The notes under the pieces: generated by a model
What the model saw: only the letters and a program-made list of their open reading frames with translations
Database searches by the model: none
What the model was told of the DNA's origin: nothing
Shown: positions 36,101 through 45,906 of the stretch, one piece after another
How positions within the stretch are numbered: position 1 is the stretch's first letter
Layout of the letters: the number at the start of each line of letters is the position of its first letter
Program-made: the position numbers and the translations under genes
Virus record (IMG/VR): IMGVR_UViG_3300016469_000360
Coordinates: 1 to 55,331 of that record
Source: a virus
Taxonomy: Duplodnaviria; Caudoviricetes
Reading direction: 5' to 3' (one strand)
Length of the DNA stretch: 55,331 nucleotides

Positions 36101-38728
36101 ATGCCCACCATGAAGACGACCCAGCAGATGCGGGATGAGCTGCTGCTACGCGGGCGCAAAGAGGTCCTTCCCTTTGAGAAGGACTCGACCACGATGCCGA
36201 TCCCGAGCACCTTCGGCGGCCTGAAGACGACTGGCCGGCTCTTCCATGGTGGTACGTGGGAAGGCCTGATCGCGGACAAACAGGGCGCCATCGTGGGTGG
36301 GCGGCCGGCGACATCGTTTACGAGGAACCCCTACGAGGCTCTGGAGTACGCCAGCCAGCCTGGGGGCAAGGTAGTGTCGGTCTCTCAAAGGGGCCTGAAG
36401 ATCTACCGCGGCGGCAACCCGGACTTGGACAGGGCCTACATGAGTCAGGGTGCCCAAGCGGTGGCCCGAGCCGGCTATGACGGGGTTGATGTCCGAGCCC
36501 TGACGGGTGGCGGCTACAACGAGGTGGTGGTGTGGAACCATGAGAAGGTGAAGGATGTCCACACTGCCCCTGTCGAGACCAGGATGGAGGGTATGGCGCT
36601 GGCTCAGCCCTTCCAGAACCAGTTTAAGCAATGGTTCGGCAACAGTGTAGTGGCGGACAAAAGGGGCCGGCCGAAGCCGGTCTACCACTCGACGGACCAG
36701 CAGTTCAGCGTCTTTAAGACGGACGGACTGGGCTTCCACGTGGGAACCAAGGGGCAGGCACGGGACATCGGCGGGTCCAGGATGATCAAGGCCTATGTTT
36801 CATTGCAGAACCCTTTGCGAATGCCTGACATGGGTGAGCGGTGGGACTCCGCGCCTCGGATGACGGATGCCCTGTTGGATCAGGGCACGCTGACGGACGA
36901 AGAGGGCGCCGCCATCACGGGCCAACCGCGGGAGAGGCAACTCCAGGCCTTGAAGGACCTCTTAATCTCCAAAGGGCACGACGGCATCGTCTACGAGAAC
37001 GAACACGAAGGACGTGGTGGAGATTCCTACCTTCTGTTCCATCCTCACCAAATCAAGGCAACGACCAACAAGGCCCCGACGATGTCGCCGGACATCCACA
37101 TGGCGGCCGGCGGGTCGGTACAACGGATGCGGGACGAGCTCCTTCTGAAGGGCATGGCCGGCGGAGGAGCCGTCAAAGCGCCCGTGACCCGCACCGGGTT
37201 CTACTCCCCCCTCGAGGAGGCCGCCCTCAACATCCAGCGAAAGTCCGGCAACGCCCAGGCGTTCATGAACGACCTGAGGTCTGTTCCGAAGGAGCACCTG
37301 CAGCACGCAGATGTGGATAAGTTGTTGACAAGCAGGCCGACGATTACTCGGGAAGAACTTCAAAAGCACGTAGCCCGAACCGCGCCGAAGGTTGAGGTGA
37401 AGGTGCTGGGGGAAGATGATTCGGATGAAGACAGTCAGACTAAATACAGCGAGTATCAACTCCCAGGCGGCCAAAACTACCGCGAAGTGCTGCTGACATT
37501 GCCGAAAGAAAAGCCGCAGGCATATTTAATGAGTGTGCCTGGGCCTGGATGGACGACCACCAATAAACATGTTGTGTCATACCGCGGCAAGGTTCACGAA
37601 TTCAATACTGCCGAGCAGGCCAGGGAGTTTCAGAAAAGCATAGATCCTGGTCCGGATTTCAAATCCAATCACTGGGATGATCCTAACGTCCTGGCCCACT
37701 TTCGGATCAACGACCGCACGGACAAGGATGGGAAGAAGGTCCTGTTCGTGGAGGAGATCCAGAGCGACTGGGGGCAGGAGGGGAAGAAGAAGGGGTTTGC
37801 CTCTGGTTATCAGGTTTACCTGAAACACGGATACACACCCGTTGCGAATGCCCTGTTTGATAAAAAATCAGATGCAGAAGAGTTTGCCAAAAACATTGCA
37901 AACAACCCGCCATTTGTTGCGGCATTTGTCGATAAGCCACGTGACGGTGTACCCGCCGCCCCCTTCGTCACGAAGACGAACGACTGGGTGAACCTCGCTC
38001 TCAAGCACATCATGAAGATGGCGGCCGAGGAAGGCCATGACCGGGTGGCGTTCGTGAAGGGAGAGCAGGCCGCGGATCGGTTTAGTTTGGACAAACACTT
38101 CTCTCAAATCCAGGCGCGGCCAGTAGTGGGGGGCGGATTCGAGATCCACACCACGGCTCGGGACGGCAGTCGAGAGAGCAGCGTCAACGTCCCGCCCAAC
38201 AAGCTGCACGAGTACGTGGGCGAGGATCTAGCCAAGAAGATCCAGCAACAAGGCGGTGGGACGTTCGATGGGGATGATCTGATCGTTCCCAACACGGGCA
38301 TGCGGAAGTTCTACGACGAGCTCGTGCCGGCGCAGGCCCATGCCTTGGTGAAGAGATTCGGCGGGCAGGGGATCAAGCCCATCCCGTTGCCTACGCCTCC
38401 AAAGGTAGATCCGTACAAAGGTCTATCGATTGAGCCGGATGATGGCAAGTTTGCCGTGACGCTTGATGGGCACGTTATCGAGCAGCATCCATCGGAGGAC
38501 GAGGCCAGAGAAGCGATGCAGTACATCGATCCCGGGTTCTGGCGCGGAGAGATTGAGGCTGGAGGCTTCCGCAGGATCAACCGTCCGCCTGAGACATACC
38601 AAGGCTTCGACATCACGCCTGAGATGCGGCAGGCCATTCTGAAGCCCATGGCCTATGCGAAGGGTGGAGCGGTCCCGACGATGGATGAGATGCGCCTGCA
38701 GGTTTGGGACAAACGAAGGGGAAGATGA
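36101..38728 (+). CDS. Polyvalent protein: two ADP-ribosyltransferase-like domains plus a large polyvalent-associated domain
   Basis: LFHGG...SFT....A..YA...GYDGV...EVVV; FKQWFG.S.V.D..G.P..VYH.T...NPL...GHDGI...QIK; PGG.NYRE.LL...H....N.LAH.R...LFVEEIQSDW. Confidence 0.7.
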   Translation: MPTMKTTQQMRDELLLRGRKEVLPFEKDSTTMPIPSTFGGLKTTGRLFHGGTWEGLIADKQGAIVGGRPATSFTRNPYEALEYASQPGGKVVSVSQRGLKIYRGGNPDLDRAYMSQGAQAVARAGYDGVDVRALTGGGYNEVVVWNHEKVKDVHTAPVETRMEGMALAQPFQNQFKQWFGNSVVADKRGRPKPVYHSTDQQFSVFKTDGLGFHVGTKGQARDIGGSRMIKAYVSLQNPLRMPDMGERWDSAPRMTDALLDQGTLTDEEGAAITGQPRERQLQALKDLLISKGHDGIVYENEHEGRGGDSYLLFHPHQIKATTNKAPTMSPDIHMAAGGSVQRMRDELLLKGMAGGGAVKAPVTRTGFYSPLEEAALNIQRKSGNAQAFMNDLRSVPKEHLQHADVDKLLTSRPTITREELQKHVARTAPKVEVKVLGEDDSDEDSQTKYSEYQLPGGQNYREVLLTLPKEKPQAYLMSVPGPGWTTTNKHVVSYRGKVHEFNTAEQAREFQKSIDPGPDFKSNHWDDPNVLAHFRINDRTDKDGKKVLFVEEIQSDWGQEGKKKGFASGYQVYLKHGYTPVANALFDKKSDAEEFAKNIANNPPFVAAFVDKPRDGVPAAPFVTKTNDWVNLALKHIMKMAAEEGHDRVAFVKGEQAADRFSLDKHFSQIQARPVVGGGFEIHTTARDGSRESSVNVPPNKLHEYVGEDLAKKIQQQGGGTFDGDDLIVPNTGMRKFYDELVPAQAHALVKRFGGQGIKPIPLPTPPKVDPYKGLSIEPDDGKFAVTLDGHVIEQHPSEDEAREAMQYIDPGFWRGEIEAGGFRRINRPPETYQGFDITPEMRQAILKPMAYAKGGAVPTMDEMRLQVWDKRRGR

Positions 38729-41058
38729 TGCCGACGATGGCTGAGATGAGGATCGCCCTTGCGCGGCGAGCCAACCCGGTGGAGATGAAGAGCATCGGGA
38801 TCAACGAGGCGCCGGGGCTGAGCCCGAAGGCCTACATGTCCCCGGGTGGAGTGAACATGCCTCCGCCTTCTGGAGGGGTCTACACGCCCTCTGGGATGCC
38901 GATCGGGGGTGTGGATATGGCGGCGATGACGCCCGGCCACCAGATGCTGCCGATGGTGCCTCCTGGCCCTCAGGCTCCGCAGTCGCCCCAGCGGCTGGCA
39001 GGTGCTCAGGTTCTACAGGGAGGCCCGACGAGCCCCATCGCATCGGACGGCAGCAACATCCTGCAGATGACGCCCCAGGGGCAGGCCATGTCGGCCATGG
39101 CGCCCCAGATGCCACCGGGCATGCCTGGGATGCCTCCGACGCCTCCTGGAGGCCCGCAGATGCCTCCGCAGGGCATGGCCAAGGGTGGGACGGCCAAGTT
39201 CCCGCCCGTGGGCGAGATGAAGGCGGCGCTGGCCACTAAGAAGAAGCCGGGCGTGTCGATGGCCGGCCCGAAGGCGACCCGCATGGTGTTCCAGGCCCAG
39301 GGGCCGGGCGGGGTGTCCGGGATCAACGTGCCGCGGCACATGTGGGAGGGCAGCGAGAAGTCCAACATCCTGGGGATGAAGGACATCAACGCGGCCAGGG
39401 CTCAGGTATACGGTGCTGAGAACCGCGACCCGCTGACAATCGGCAAGATTGGCAAGGTGCACAAGGACACGCTGGACGACCACTTCAAGAAACCGGTGGA
39501 TCAGCAGGTGGCCGACGAGAAGACTGCCCTGCAGCGGCTGCGCGATGCCAAGCACATTGGCCAGAAGGCCAACACCCTGGACGAAAGCGAGAAGCTCGAC
39601 ACGGTGCGCCACGAAACGGACGAGCAGGGCCGCAACTACGTGGGCTTTGCCTCGAAGGGAGTGGCAGGGCACGCCCTGTACACGTCGGGACACGACGAGA
39701 ACATGAAGCACCACGTGCTCAACACCTGCCCCGGCCAGACGACCGGCTGCGGTGGTGGGGTGGACGAGAAGGGCGTGGTGGACACGACCCGCGGCACTTG
39801 CTTCGCGCCGGTGGCGGAGGCCCAGTACCCCAACGCTGCGATCCGCCGGGCTTGCCACGCCCAGGCCAAGCACGACCCGGCCATGACCCGGGACTGGATC
39901 CTGGCCCACACGGGGTCGATGCGCGACGCGGCCAACTCCGCCGACAAGAAGAACTTGCGCCTGCTCTTCCGCCCGAACGTGGTTGATGAGACGGACGTAT
40001 CGTCCCGGCACGTCATCCGCCACCTAAACAACCAGCGCAAAGCAGAAGGCAAGCCGCCGATCATCGCCAACTCATACGGCAAGACCAACGAGCTCCACGA
40101 CCCCGAAAACGGCTACTACGTGACCCACTCGAACGTGGGCCCAAAGGTCAAGATGGGCAAGGAGATCGCGGAGAACGTCGCCCGCGACAAGCAGCGCGTG
40201 CGCTCGACCATCCTGGCCCAGACGGGGAAGGGCGAGGACTTCACCAACGACGACGGCAACAAGACGCCCCCCAAGGGCTCGTACATGGTGACGGACGTGA
40301 AGCGGGGATCGCCGCTGAACCAGAAGATGGAGAAGGCGATCAAGTACGCGAAGTACTGGTCCACCGGCCGCACCCAAGACGAACTGTCGGATCAAGAGAA
40401 GGCGGAAGGTCCTGAGGGCCACTTCGGCCCGAATGGCAAGCCCACGACGCCGGACAAGGCCCACTTCGGGCACACGACGCTCAACGGGAAGCGTTTCGAC
40501 TATCAGAAGCAGCACATCCTCCACCCGCGGCTGGTGCAAGTGGGCAAGAACGATGACGGCTCGCCGCACATGATCCCGACGGATTCGCGGTTCAAGGACG
40601 AGGAGTTCCTGCCCAAGAACCGGTTCATGACCAAGAACGGGAAGAAGGCTGGCCCGATCCTGATGACGACGCCGACCACGTCAACTAGCAATGCTGGCCA
40701 CCAGACCTCATTCACGCACAACGTGAGCGAGAAGCACATCGAACACGCCCTGAAAAACAACGGGGAGTACGAGATCGATCCGCCGCATGAGCAGGAGAAA
40801 GCCGCGGGCAAGGAGTACATTCCTCCCCAGCCGATCAAGTTCATGGCAAGCGGTGGGTCTGTGCGGCCGAGCCAAGATTTCGATGAGCATCATCAGTTCC
40901 CGGAGCAAAGCTACATGGCCCAGGCGCACCTTGCGCACCGGATGGACCCTGAGGAAGTCGCGGAGATTGGCCGCGCGCCGAAGCGCCGCCCCCGGCCTGT
41001 GAAGATTAACCGCAACCCGGACACGATGCGTCTTGAGTTGCTGCGGAAGGGCAAGTGA
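38725..41058 (+). CDS. Large hypothetical protein: Pro/Met-rich N-terminus, Cys cluster (CPGQTTGC...CFA) resembling gp88-like domains
   Basis: Long ORF coupled to both neighbours; xxGG and MRxEL motifs. Confidence 0.7.
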   Translation: MMPTMAEMRIALARRANPVEMKSIGINEAPGLSPKAYMSPGGVNMPPPSGGVYTPSGMPIGGVDMAAMTPGHQMLPMVPPGPQAPQSPQRLAGAQVLQGGPTSPIASDGSNILQMTPQGQAMSAMAPQMPPGMPGMPPTPPGGPQMPPQGMAKGGTAKFPPVGEMKAALATKKKPGVSMAGPKATRMVFQAQGPGGVSGINVPRHMWEGSEKSNILGMKDINAARAQVYGAENRDPLTIGKIGKVHKDTLDDHFKKPVDQQVADEKTALQRLRDAKHIGQKANTLDESEKLDTVRHETDEQGRNYVGFASKGVAGHALYTSGHDENMKHHVLNTCPGQTTGCGGGVDEKGVVDTTRGTCFAPVAEAQYPNAAIRRACHAQAKHDPAMTRDWILAHTGSMRDAANSADKKNLRLLFRPNVVDETDVSSRHVIRHLNNQRKAEGKPPIIANSYGKTNELHDPENGYYVTHSNVGPKVKMGKEIAENVARDKQRVRSTILAQTGKGEDFTNDDGNKTPPKGSYMVTDVKRGSPLNQKMEKAIKYAKYWSTGRTQDELSDQEKAEGPEGHFGPNGKPTTPDKAHFGHTTLNGKRFDYQKQHILHPRLVQVGKNDDGSPHMIPTDSRFKDEEFLPKNRFMTKNGKKAGPILMTTPTTSTSNAGHQTSFTHNVSEKHIEHALKNNGEYEIDPPHEQEKAAGKEYIPPQPIKFMASGGSVRPSQDFDEHHQFPEQSYMAQAHLAHRMDPEEVAEIGRAPKRRPRPVKINRNPDTMRLELLRKGK

Positions 41059-43487
41059 TGGACGACGAAAACCAGATGCAGATTGAGGAGCAGGCCGACG
41101 GGTCTGCAGTCGTCGATCTGCCCGAGTTGCAGGCCGAGGAGCTCCCCGATGGTTCGGCCATCGTCGAAATCGAATCGGGCCCTGAGTTCAACCCTGACTT
41201 CTACGACAACCTCGCCGACTCTATTGACTTGGTCGAACTGTCGAGTTTGGCCACGCATTACTTGGACTTACTGGAGTCCGACAAGGAGGCTCGCTCCCTG
41301 CGAGACAAGCAGTACGAGGAGGGCATCCGACGCACCGGCATGGGCAACGACGCCCCTGGTGGCGCGACCTTCATGGGTGCTTCCAAGGTGGTGCATCCGG
41401 CCATGGCCGAGGGCTGCGTGGACTTTGCTGCCCGGGCGATCAAGGAGCTCTTCCCGCCCGACGGGCCGGTGAAGACGAAGATCCTGGGCAAGGCCGACGA
41501 GCTCAAGTCGCAGCGCGCAGAGCGGAAGAAGGACTACCTGAACTGGCAGATCACGGAGCAGATCGAGGAGTTCCGCGACGAGCAGGAGCAGATGCTCACC
41601 CAGTTGCCTCTGGGTGGATCGCAATACTTCAAGATTTGGTTCGACGAGGAGAAGAAGCGCCCTTGCGTGGAGTTCCTGCCGATCGACCGGGTGATCCTGC
41701 CCTTCGCCGCAACGAACTTCTACACGGCGCAGCGCGCGGCCGAGGTGCACGAGATCACCTCGCACGAGTTCAACCGGCGCATCCGCACCGGGATGTACCG
41801 CGACATCAACTACGTCAAGGCCTCGATGGATCTGGAGCAGACCAAGCCCCAGAAAGCCACGAACAAGGTCGAGGGTAAGCAGTTCGAGGAGAACAAAGAC
41901 GGGCTGCGCAAGGTCTACCACATCTATACGTGGTTGGAGCTTGATGGCGACAAGAAGACCAAGGGCAAGATGGCCCCGTACATCCTGATGATCGACGAGC
42001 TCGATCGTGAGGTGGTGGGCCTGTACCGCAATTGGGAAGAGACTGACGAGACCATGACCAAGCTGGACTGGGTCGTGGAGTTCAAGTTCATCCCCTGGCG
42101 CGGCGCGTATGCCATCGGGCTACCTCATCTCATCGGAGGGCTCTCTGCGGCCCTGACGGGCTCTCTGAGGGCCCTGCTGGACTCGGCGCACATCAACAAC
42201 GCCGCGACCATGCTGAAGCTCAAGGGCGCGAAGATCAGTGGCCAGAGCCAGCAGGTCGAGGTGACTCAGATCGTCGAGATCGAGGGCGCTCCTGGGGTGA
42301 ACGACATTCGGCAGATCGCCATGCCGATGCCCTTCAACCCGCCCAGCCCAGTGCTCCTGCAGCTGCTGGGGTGGCTGGACAACGCTGCCAAGGGGGTAGT
42401 GACCACATCGGAAGAGAAGATCGCCGACGTGACCTCCAACGCCCCGGTGGGGACGACCCAGGCTCTGATCGAGCAGGGTGCTGCGGTGTTCTCGGCGATT
42501 CACGCGCGGCTGCACGACTCCCAGGCGCGAGTGTTGAAGGTCCTGTGCCGGCTGAACCGGTGGCACTTCGACGACATGCAGAAGTCGGAGGTGGTGGCTG
42601 ACCTGGAGATCAGCCGAGAGGACTTCGCCCGCAACACGGACGTGGTGCCTGTCAGCGACCCGCACATCTTCAGCGAGACGCAGCGCATGGCGCAGAACCA
42701 AGCGGTTCTGTCGCTGATGGACAAGTACCCAGACCAGTTCAACATGAACTCGGTGCTGGCGCGGACCTTGAAGCAGATGAAGGTCCCGAACATCAACGAG
42801 CTCCTGAAGGACACGCCGGCGCCGGAGCAGAGGACTTCTGCGGACGAAAACGCGGCTCTGCTGATAGGCCAACCAGCCTATGCTTACTTGCAGCAGGACC
42901 ACATCGCGCACATCCAGGACCACCTGCAGTTTGCGATGAACCCGTTCCTGGGGCAGTCGCCGTTCGCCGACCCGACGTACCTGAACAACCTGATCGAGCA
43001 CCTGAAGCAGCACATGACCCTGTGGTACCTGAACCGGGCCAATGGGTACGTGGAGCAACAGAGCGGCGGCCCGGTGGACAATTACGACGACCCGAGGCTG
43101 ACGCCGGCCCTGGACAAGGTCTACACGGCCGCAGGGGCGCACGTGATGCTCGACACCCAGCAGGTGTTCGGGCAGTTCGCCCAGGCCTTCCAGGCTCTGA
43201 TCCAGATGGCCCAGCAGCGCAACCAGACCCAGCAGATCCTGCCGCCGGAGGCCCAGGTGGTGCGCGAGACCAGCCTTGCCGAGACGCAGCGCAAGACCCA
43301 GAAGGACGCCGCGGACATCCAGCTGGCCCAGGCCAAGCTGCAGCAGGAGGCACAGGAGAACGCCGCGGACAATCAGACCCGCATGGCGATCGAGAATGCC
43401 AAGCTGACGCGGGAAACGATCAAGGACCAACTTTCCGCCGGCATGCCGGCACCAATGGGCCCGGAAGGCCCCCAACCAGGAGTTTGA
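41058..43487 (+). CDS. Portal protein
   Basis: F.GASKVVHP.MAE..V.F.ARA..ELFP..GPVKT, FKFIPW.G.Y..GL.HLIGG, APVGTT.ALIE.G, PVSDP motifs; ~810 aa. Confidence 0.9.
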   Translation: MDDENQMQIEEQADGSAVVDLPELQAEELPDGSAIVEIESGPEFNPDFYDNLADSIDLVELSSLATHYLDLLESDKEARSLRDKQYEEGIRRTGMGNDAPGGATFMGASKVVHPAMAEGCVDFAARAIKELFPPDGPVKTKILGKADELKSQRAERKKDYLNWQITEQIEEFRDEQEQMLTQLPLGGSQYFKIWFDEEKKRPCVEFLPIDRVILPFAATNFYTAQRAAEVHEITSHEFNRRIRTGMYRDINYVKASMDLEQTKPQKATNKVEGKQFEENKDGLRKVYHIYTWLELDGDKKTKGKMAPYILMIDELDREVVGLYRNWEETDETMTKLDWVVEFKFIPWRGAYAIGLPHLIGGLSAALTGSLRALLDSAHINNAATMLKLKGAKISGQSQQVEVTQIVEIEGAPGVNDIRQIAMPMPFNPPSPVLLQLLGWLDNAAKGVVTTSEEKIADVTSNAPVGTTQALIEQGAAVFSAIHARLHDSQARVLKVLCRLNRWHFDDMQKSEVVADLEISREDFARNTDVVPVSDPHIFSETQRMAQNQAVLSLMDKYPDQFNMNSVLARTLKQMKVPNINELLKDTPAPEQRTSADENAALLIGQPAYAYLQQDHIAHIQDHLQFAMNPFLGQSPFADPTYLNNLIEHLKQHMTLWYLNRANGYVEQQSGGPVDNYDDPRLTPALDKVYTAAGAHVMLDTQQVFGQFAQAFQALIQMAQQRNQTQQILPPEAQVVRETSLAETQRKTQKDAADIQLAQAKLQQEAQENAADNQTRMAIENAKLTRETIKDQLSAGMPAPMGPEGPQPGV

Positions 43488-43488
43488 A

Positions 43489-43644
43489 ATGGCGACGAGT
43501 GATCAGGAGCAGCGCGGCATCAATGTGCCGATGCGCAAGCGCATTGCGATGGGCGAGAAACTGGACGGCACAAGCCTGCAGCCCAAGGGCGGCCAGCCGG
43601 CGCGCAAGCCCCAAGGCGGCCTCTCCCAGGCCAAGAAGAAGTGA
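43489..43644 (+). CDS. 51-aa basic protein (absent from track)
   Basis: AGGAG RBS; MATSDQEQRGINVPMRKRIAMG... Confidence 0.65.
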   Translation: MATSDQEQRGINVPMRKRIAMGEKLDGTSLQPKGGQPARKPQGGLSQAKKK

Positions 43645-43820
43645 TTGAGCCTCTCATCCACAGGATCAAGGTCAAGCAGGCCGAGATCCAGGTGTCCCTT
43701 GCTGCGGGGACGCCGGTGACGTGGGAGGCTTATCAGCGCATGGTGGGTGAGCACCAGGGCTTACAGCACGCCCTGGACATCCTGGATGCCATGCTAGACG
43801 ACGAGAAGAACCAAGATTGA
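43641..43820 (+). CDS. 59-aa helical protein (YQRMVGEHQGL motif; absent from track)
   Basis: GTGA overlap; typical small gene between portal and GroES-like gene. Confidence 0.7.
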   Translation: MIEPLIHRIKVKQAEIQVSLAAGTPVTWEAYQRMVGEHQGLQHALDILDAMLDDEKNQD

Positions 43821-43895
43821 GGCCCCACTCCGGGGCGAGACCGCGCTGAAAAGCGCTTAACGATGCGCCTGGAATATGGCGTGCAGGAGAAGTGA

Positions 43896-44354
43896 GTGAG
43901 TGATGTGCAGAAGATCGTTGCCTTCGAGGCGACAAACGACATTCCGGATCCAGACGAGCTCGCCTGGGCCTTCCCGGATGTCAACCCGGGCATGATGCCC
44001 TTCGGCGGCCGCGTCATCGTCCAACTACGGCGCATCAAGCGCAAGACGGCGGGCAAGATCATCCTGGTCGAGGAGACCAAGGAGGCCGAGAAGTGGCAGA
44101 ACATGATCGGCAAGGTGGTTCGGGTCGGCCCTCTGGCCTTCAAGAACCGCGACACCATGGCCTCCTGGCCAGAAGGAACGTGGGCACAGGTCGGTGACTA
44201 CGTGCGCGTGCCCAAATGGGGCGGCGACAGGTGGGAAATCAAAGTTCCAGGGGGTGACGACACCGAGGATCCGGTGCTTTTCATGACCCTGAACGACCAC
44301 GAACTCATCGCGAAGGTCACGGGTAACCCGCTGACGTTCAAGGCCTACGTGTAA
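43896..44354 (+). CDS. groES: GroES/Cpn10-like co-chaperonin
   Basis: PFGGRVIV...KTAGKIIL...GKVVRVGP...VGDYV...LNDHELIAKV pattern. Confidence 0.85.
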   Translation: MSDVQKIVAFEATNDIPDPDELAWAFPDVNPGMMPFGGRVIVQLRRIKRKTAGKIILVEETKEAEKWQNMIGKVVRVGPLAFKNRDTMASWPEGTWAQVGDYVRVPKWGGDRWEIKVPGGDDTEDPVLFMTLNDHELIAKVTGNPLTFKAYV

Positions 44355-44366
44355 GGAGACCTAAAA

Positions 44367-45338
44367 ATGGCCGACTCCACCAATCCCGACGAGAAAATCG
44401 AGGTTTTTGAAGCCCAAGATGGGTCCGCAACCGTCGATTTGCCCGAAAACATGCTCGATATGGCCGATGGAGGCGAAATTGAGCCCTCCCAAGCCCAAAA
44501 TAGTGCCGAACCTGATGATGTTGACCATCCGGACGACACTGACGAGGTCCGACAGGCTCGCCGGAACCGCCGCAGGGCCAAAAAAGACCTGATTCGGCGC
44601 ACAAACCAGGAAAAAGACGCTCGTTTGGCCCAGTTGCAGCGTGAGAACGAGGAGTTCAAGCGCCGCTTGTCCCAGTTGGAGCGCAACACCAAGGCGGAGA
44701 GCATCACTCGCATCGACAAGAGCATCGAGGACGCCAACGTGCGCCTCGAATACGCCAAGATGAAGCTCGCCGAGGCCACCCAGAACCAGGATGGGCAGGC
44801 CATGGTGGAGGCTCAGACCCTCTGGCAGACGGCCCAGGACGAAGCTCGCCGCCTTCTGGGGGCCAAGCAAGCCGCGGAGAACGAACTGCGGCGCTCCCAG
44901 ATCCCGGTGCCCGACCAGAATGTCCAGCGCCTCGCCGCGGACTGGATGCGTCGCAACAACTGGTACCGCGTGGATGGTTCCGACCCGGATAGCCGGGTGG
45001 CCAAGAAAATCGACGAGCTCATGGTGACCCAGGGCTGGAATCCTTCGGATCCGGATTATTGGGACGAGCTTGACAGTCGGTTGCAGAAGGAGCTACCGCA
45101 TCGCTACAATGGGTCGAGCGACGATTCTCGTGGGGTCAGACGACCGAGGAATGTTGTGGGCAGTTCAGGGCGTGAAGCATCGGCAGCGTATGGGGGCGTC
45201 AACAGCACCCAGTTCCGGCTTTCGCCTGAACGAGTCAAAGCGATGAAGGACGCTGGAGCTTGGGACAACCCCGAGCGCAAGGCCCGCATGATCAAGCAAT
45301 TCATCGCGTATGACCGTGCCAATGGCACCCGCAACTGA
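44367..45338 (+). CDS. Putative capsid scaffolding protein
   Basis: Acidic N-terminus, long coiled coil, W...N.W, YWDELD.RL; position upstream of capsid genes. Confidence 0.7.
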   Translation: MADSTNPDEKIEVFEAQDGSATVDLPENMLDMADGGEIEPSQAQNSAEPDDVDHPDDTDEVRQARRNRRRAKKDLIRRTNQEKDARLAQLQRENEEFKRRLSQLERNTKAESITRIDKSIEDANVRLEYAKMKLAEATQNQDGQAMVEAQTLWQTAQDEARRLLGAKQAAENELRRSQIPVPDQNVQRLAADWMRRNNWYRVDGSDPDSRVAKKIDELMVTQGWNPSDPDYWDELDSRLQKELPHRYNGSSDDSRGVRRPRNVVGSSGREASAAYGGVNSTQFRLSPERVKAMKDAGAWDNPERKARMIKQFIAYDRANGTRN

Positions 45339-45351
45339 AGGACAAGACACC

Positions 45352-45897
45352 ATGGAATCACGCCTTAAGAAGTCTCTCTCGACTGGTGGTCGCCAAGACC
45401 GTGACAACGGGGACGCCTCCCGCCAGCCGCCTGAGGAAAGGTTCATTTCATCGCAGGAACGTCGCAGGATGTGGAGCGAGGAGTGGACGCAATCAGCATT
45501 GCCGAAGCTGCCAACCATGGATGGGTGGCACCTCTGCTGGCTATCGACCACCAACAGCTACGACAGCATCGACAAGCGGATGCGTCTTGGGTACGTTCCC
45601 GTTAAAGCGGATGAGTTGCCCGGGTACGAAGACTACCGCGTCAAGTCTGGCGAGCACGTCGGCTACATCTCGTGCAACGAGATGCTGCTGTTCAAGTTGC
45701 CCATGGACATCTACCAGGAGATCATGCTCTATCAGCATCACGAGCGTCCGCGCGAGGAAGCTGAGAAGATCAGGGTCCAGGTGGAGAACCTCCAGGGGCA
45801 GCGCGACAGCAACGGCCGTCCGTTGGTCAGCGTCGAGGGCGAGGGCATCGGCTCTATTGAACAGCAGCCACAACGTGTCCCTGTGTTCCAGGGATAA
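45352..45897 (+). CDS. Head-module hypothetical protein
   Basis: AAGGA RBS; GW..CW, R..LGY.PV motifs. Confidence 0.7.
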   Translation: MESRLKKSLSTGGRQDRDNGDASRQPPEERFISSQERRRMWSEEWTQSALPKLPTMDGWHLCWLSTTNSYDSIDKRMRLGYVPVKADELPGYEDYRVKSGEHVGYISCNEMLLFKLPMDIYQEIMLYQHHERPREEAEKIRVQVENLQGQRDSNGRPLVSVEGEGIGSIEQQPQRVPVFQG

Positions 45898-45906
45898 GGA
45901 GTTCTC

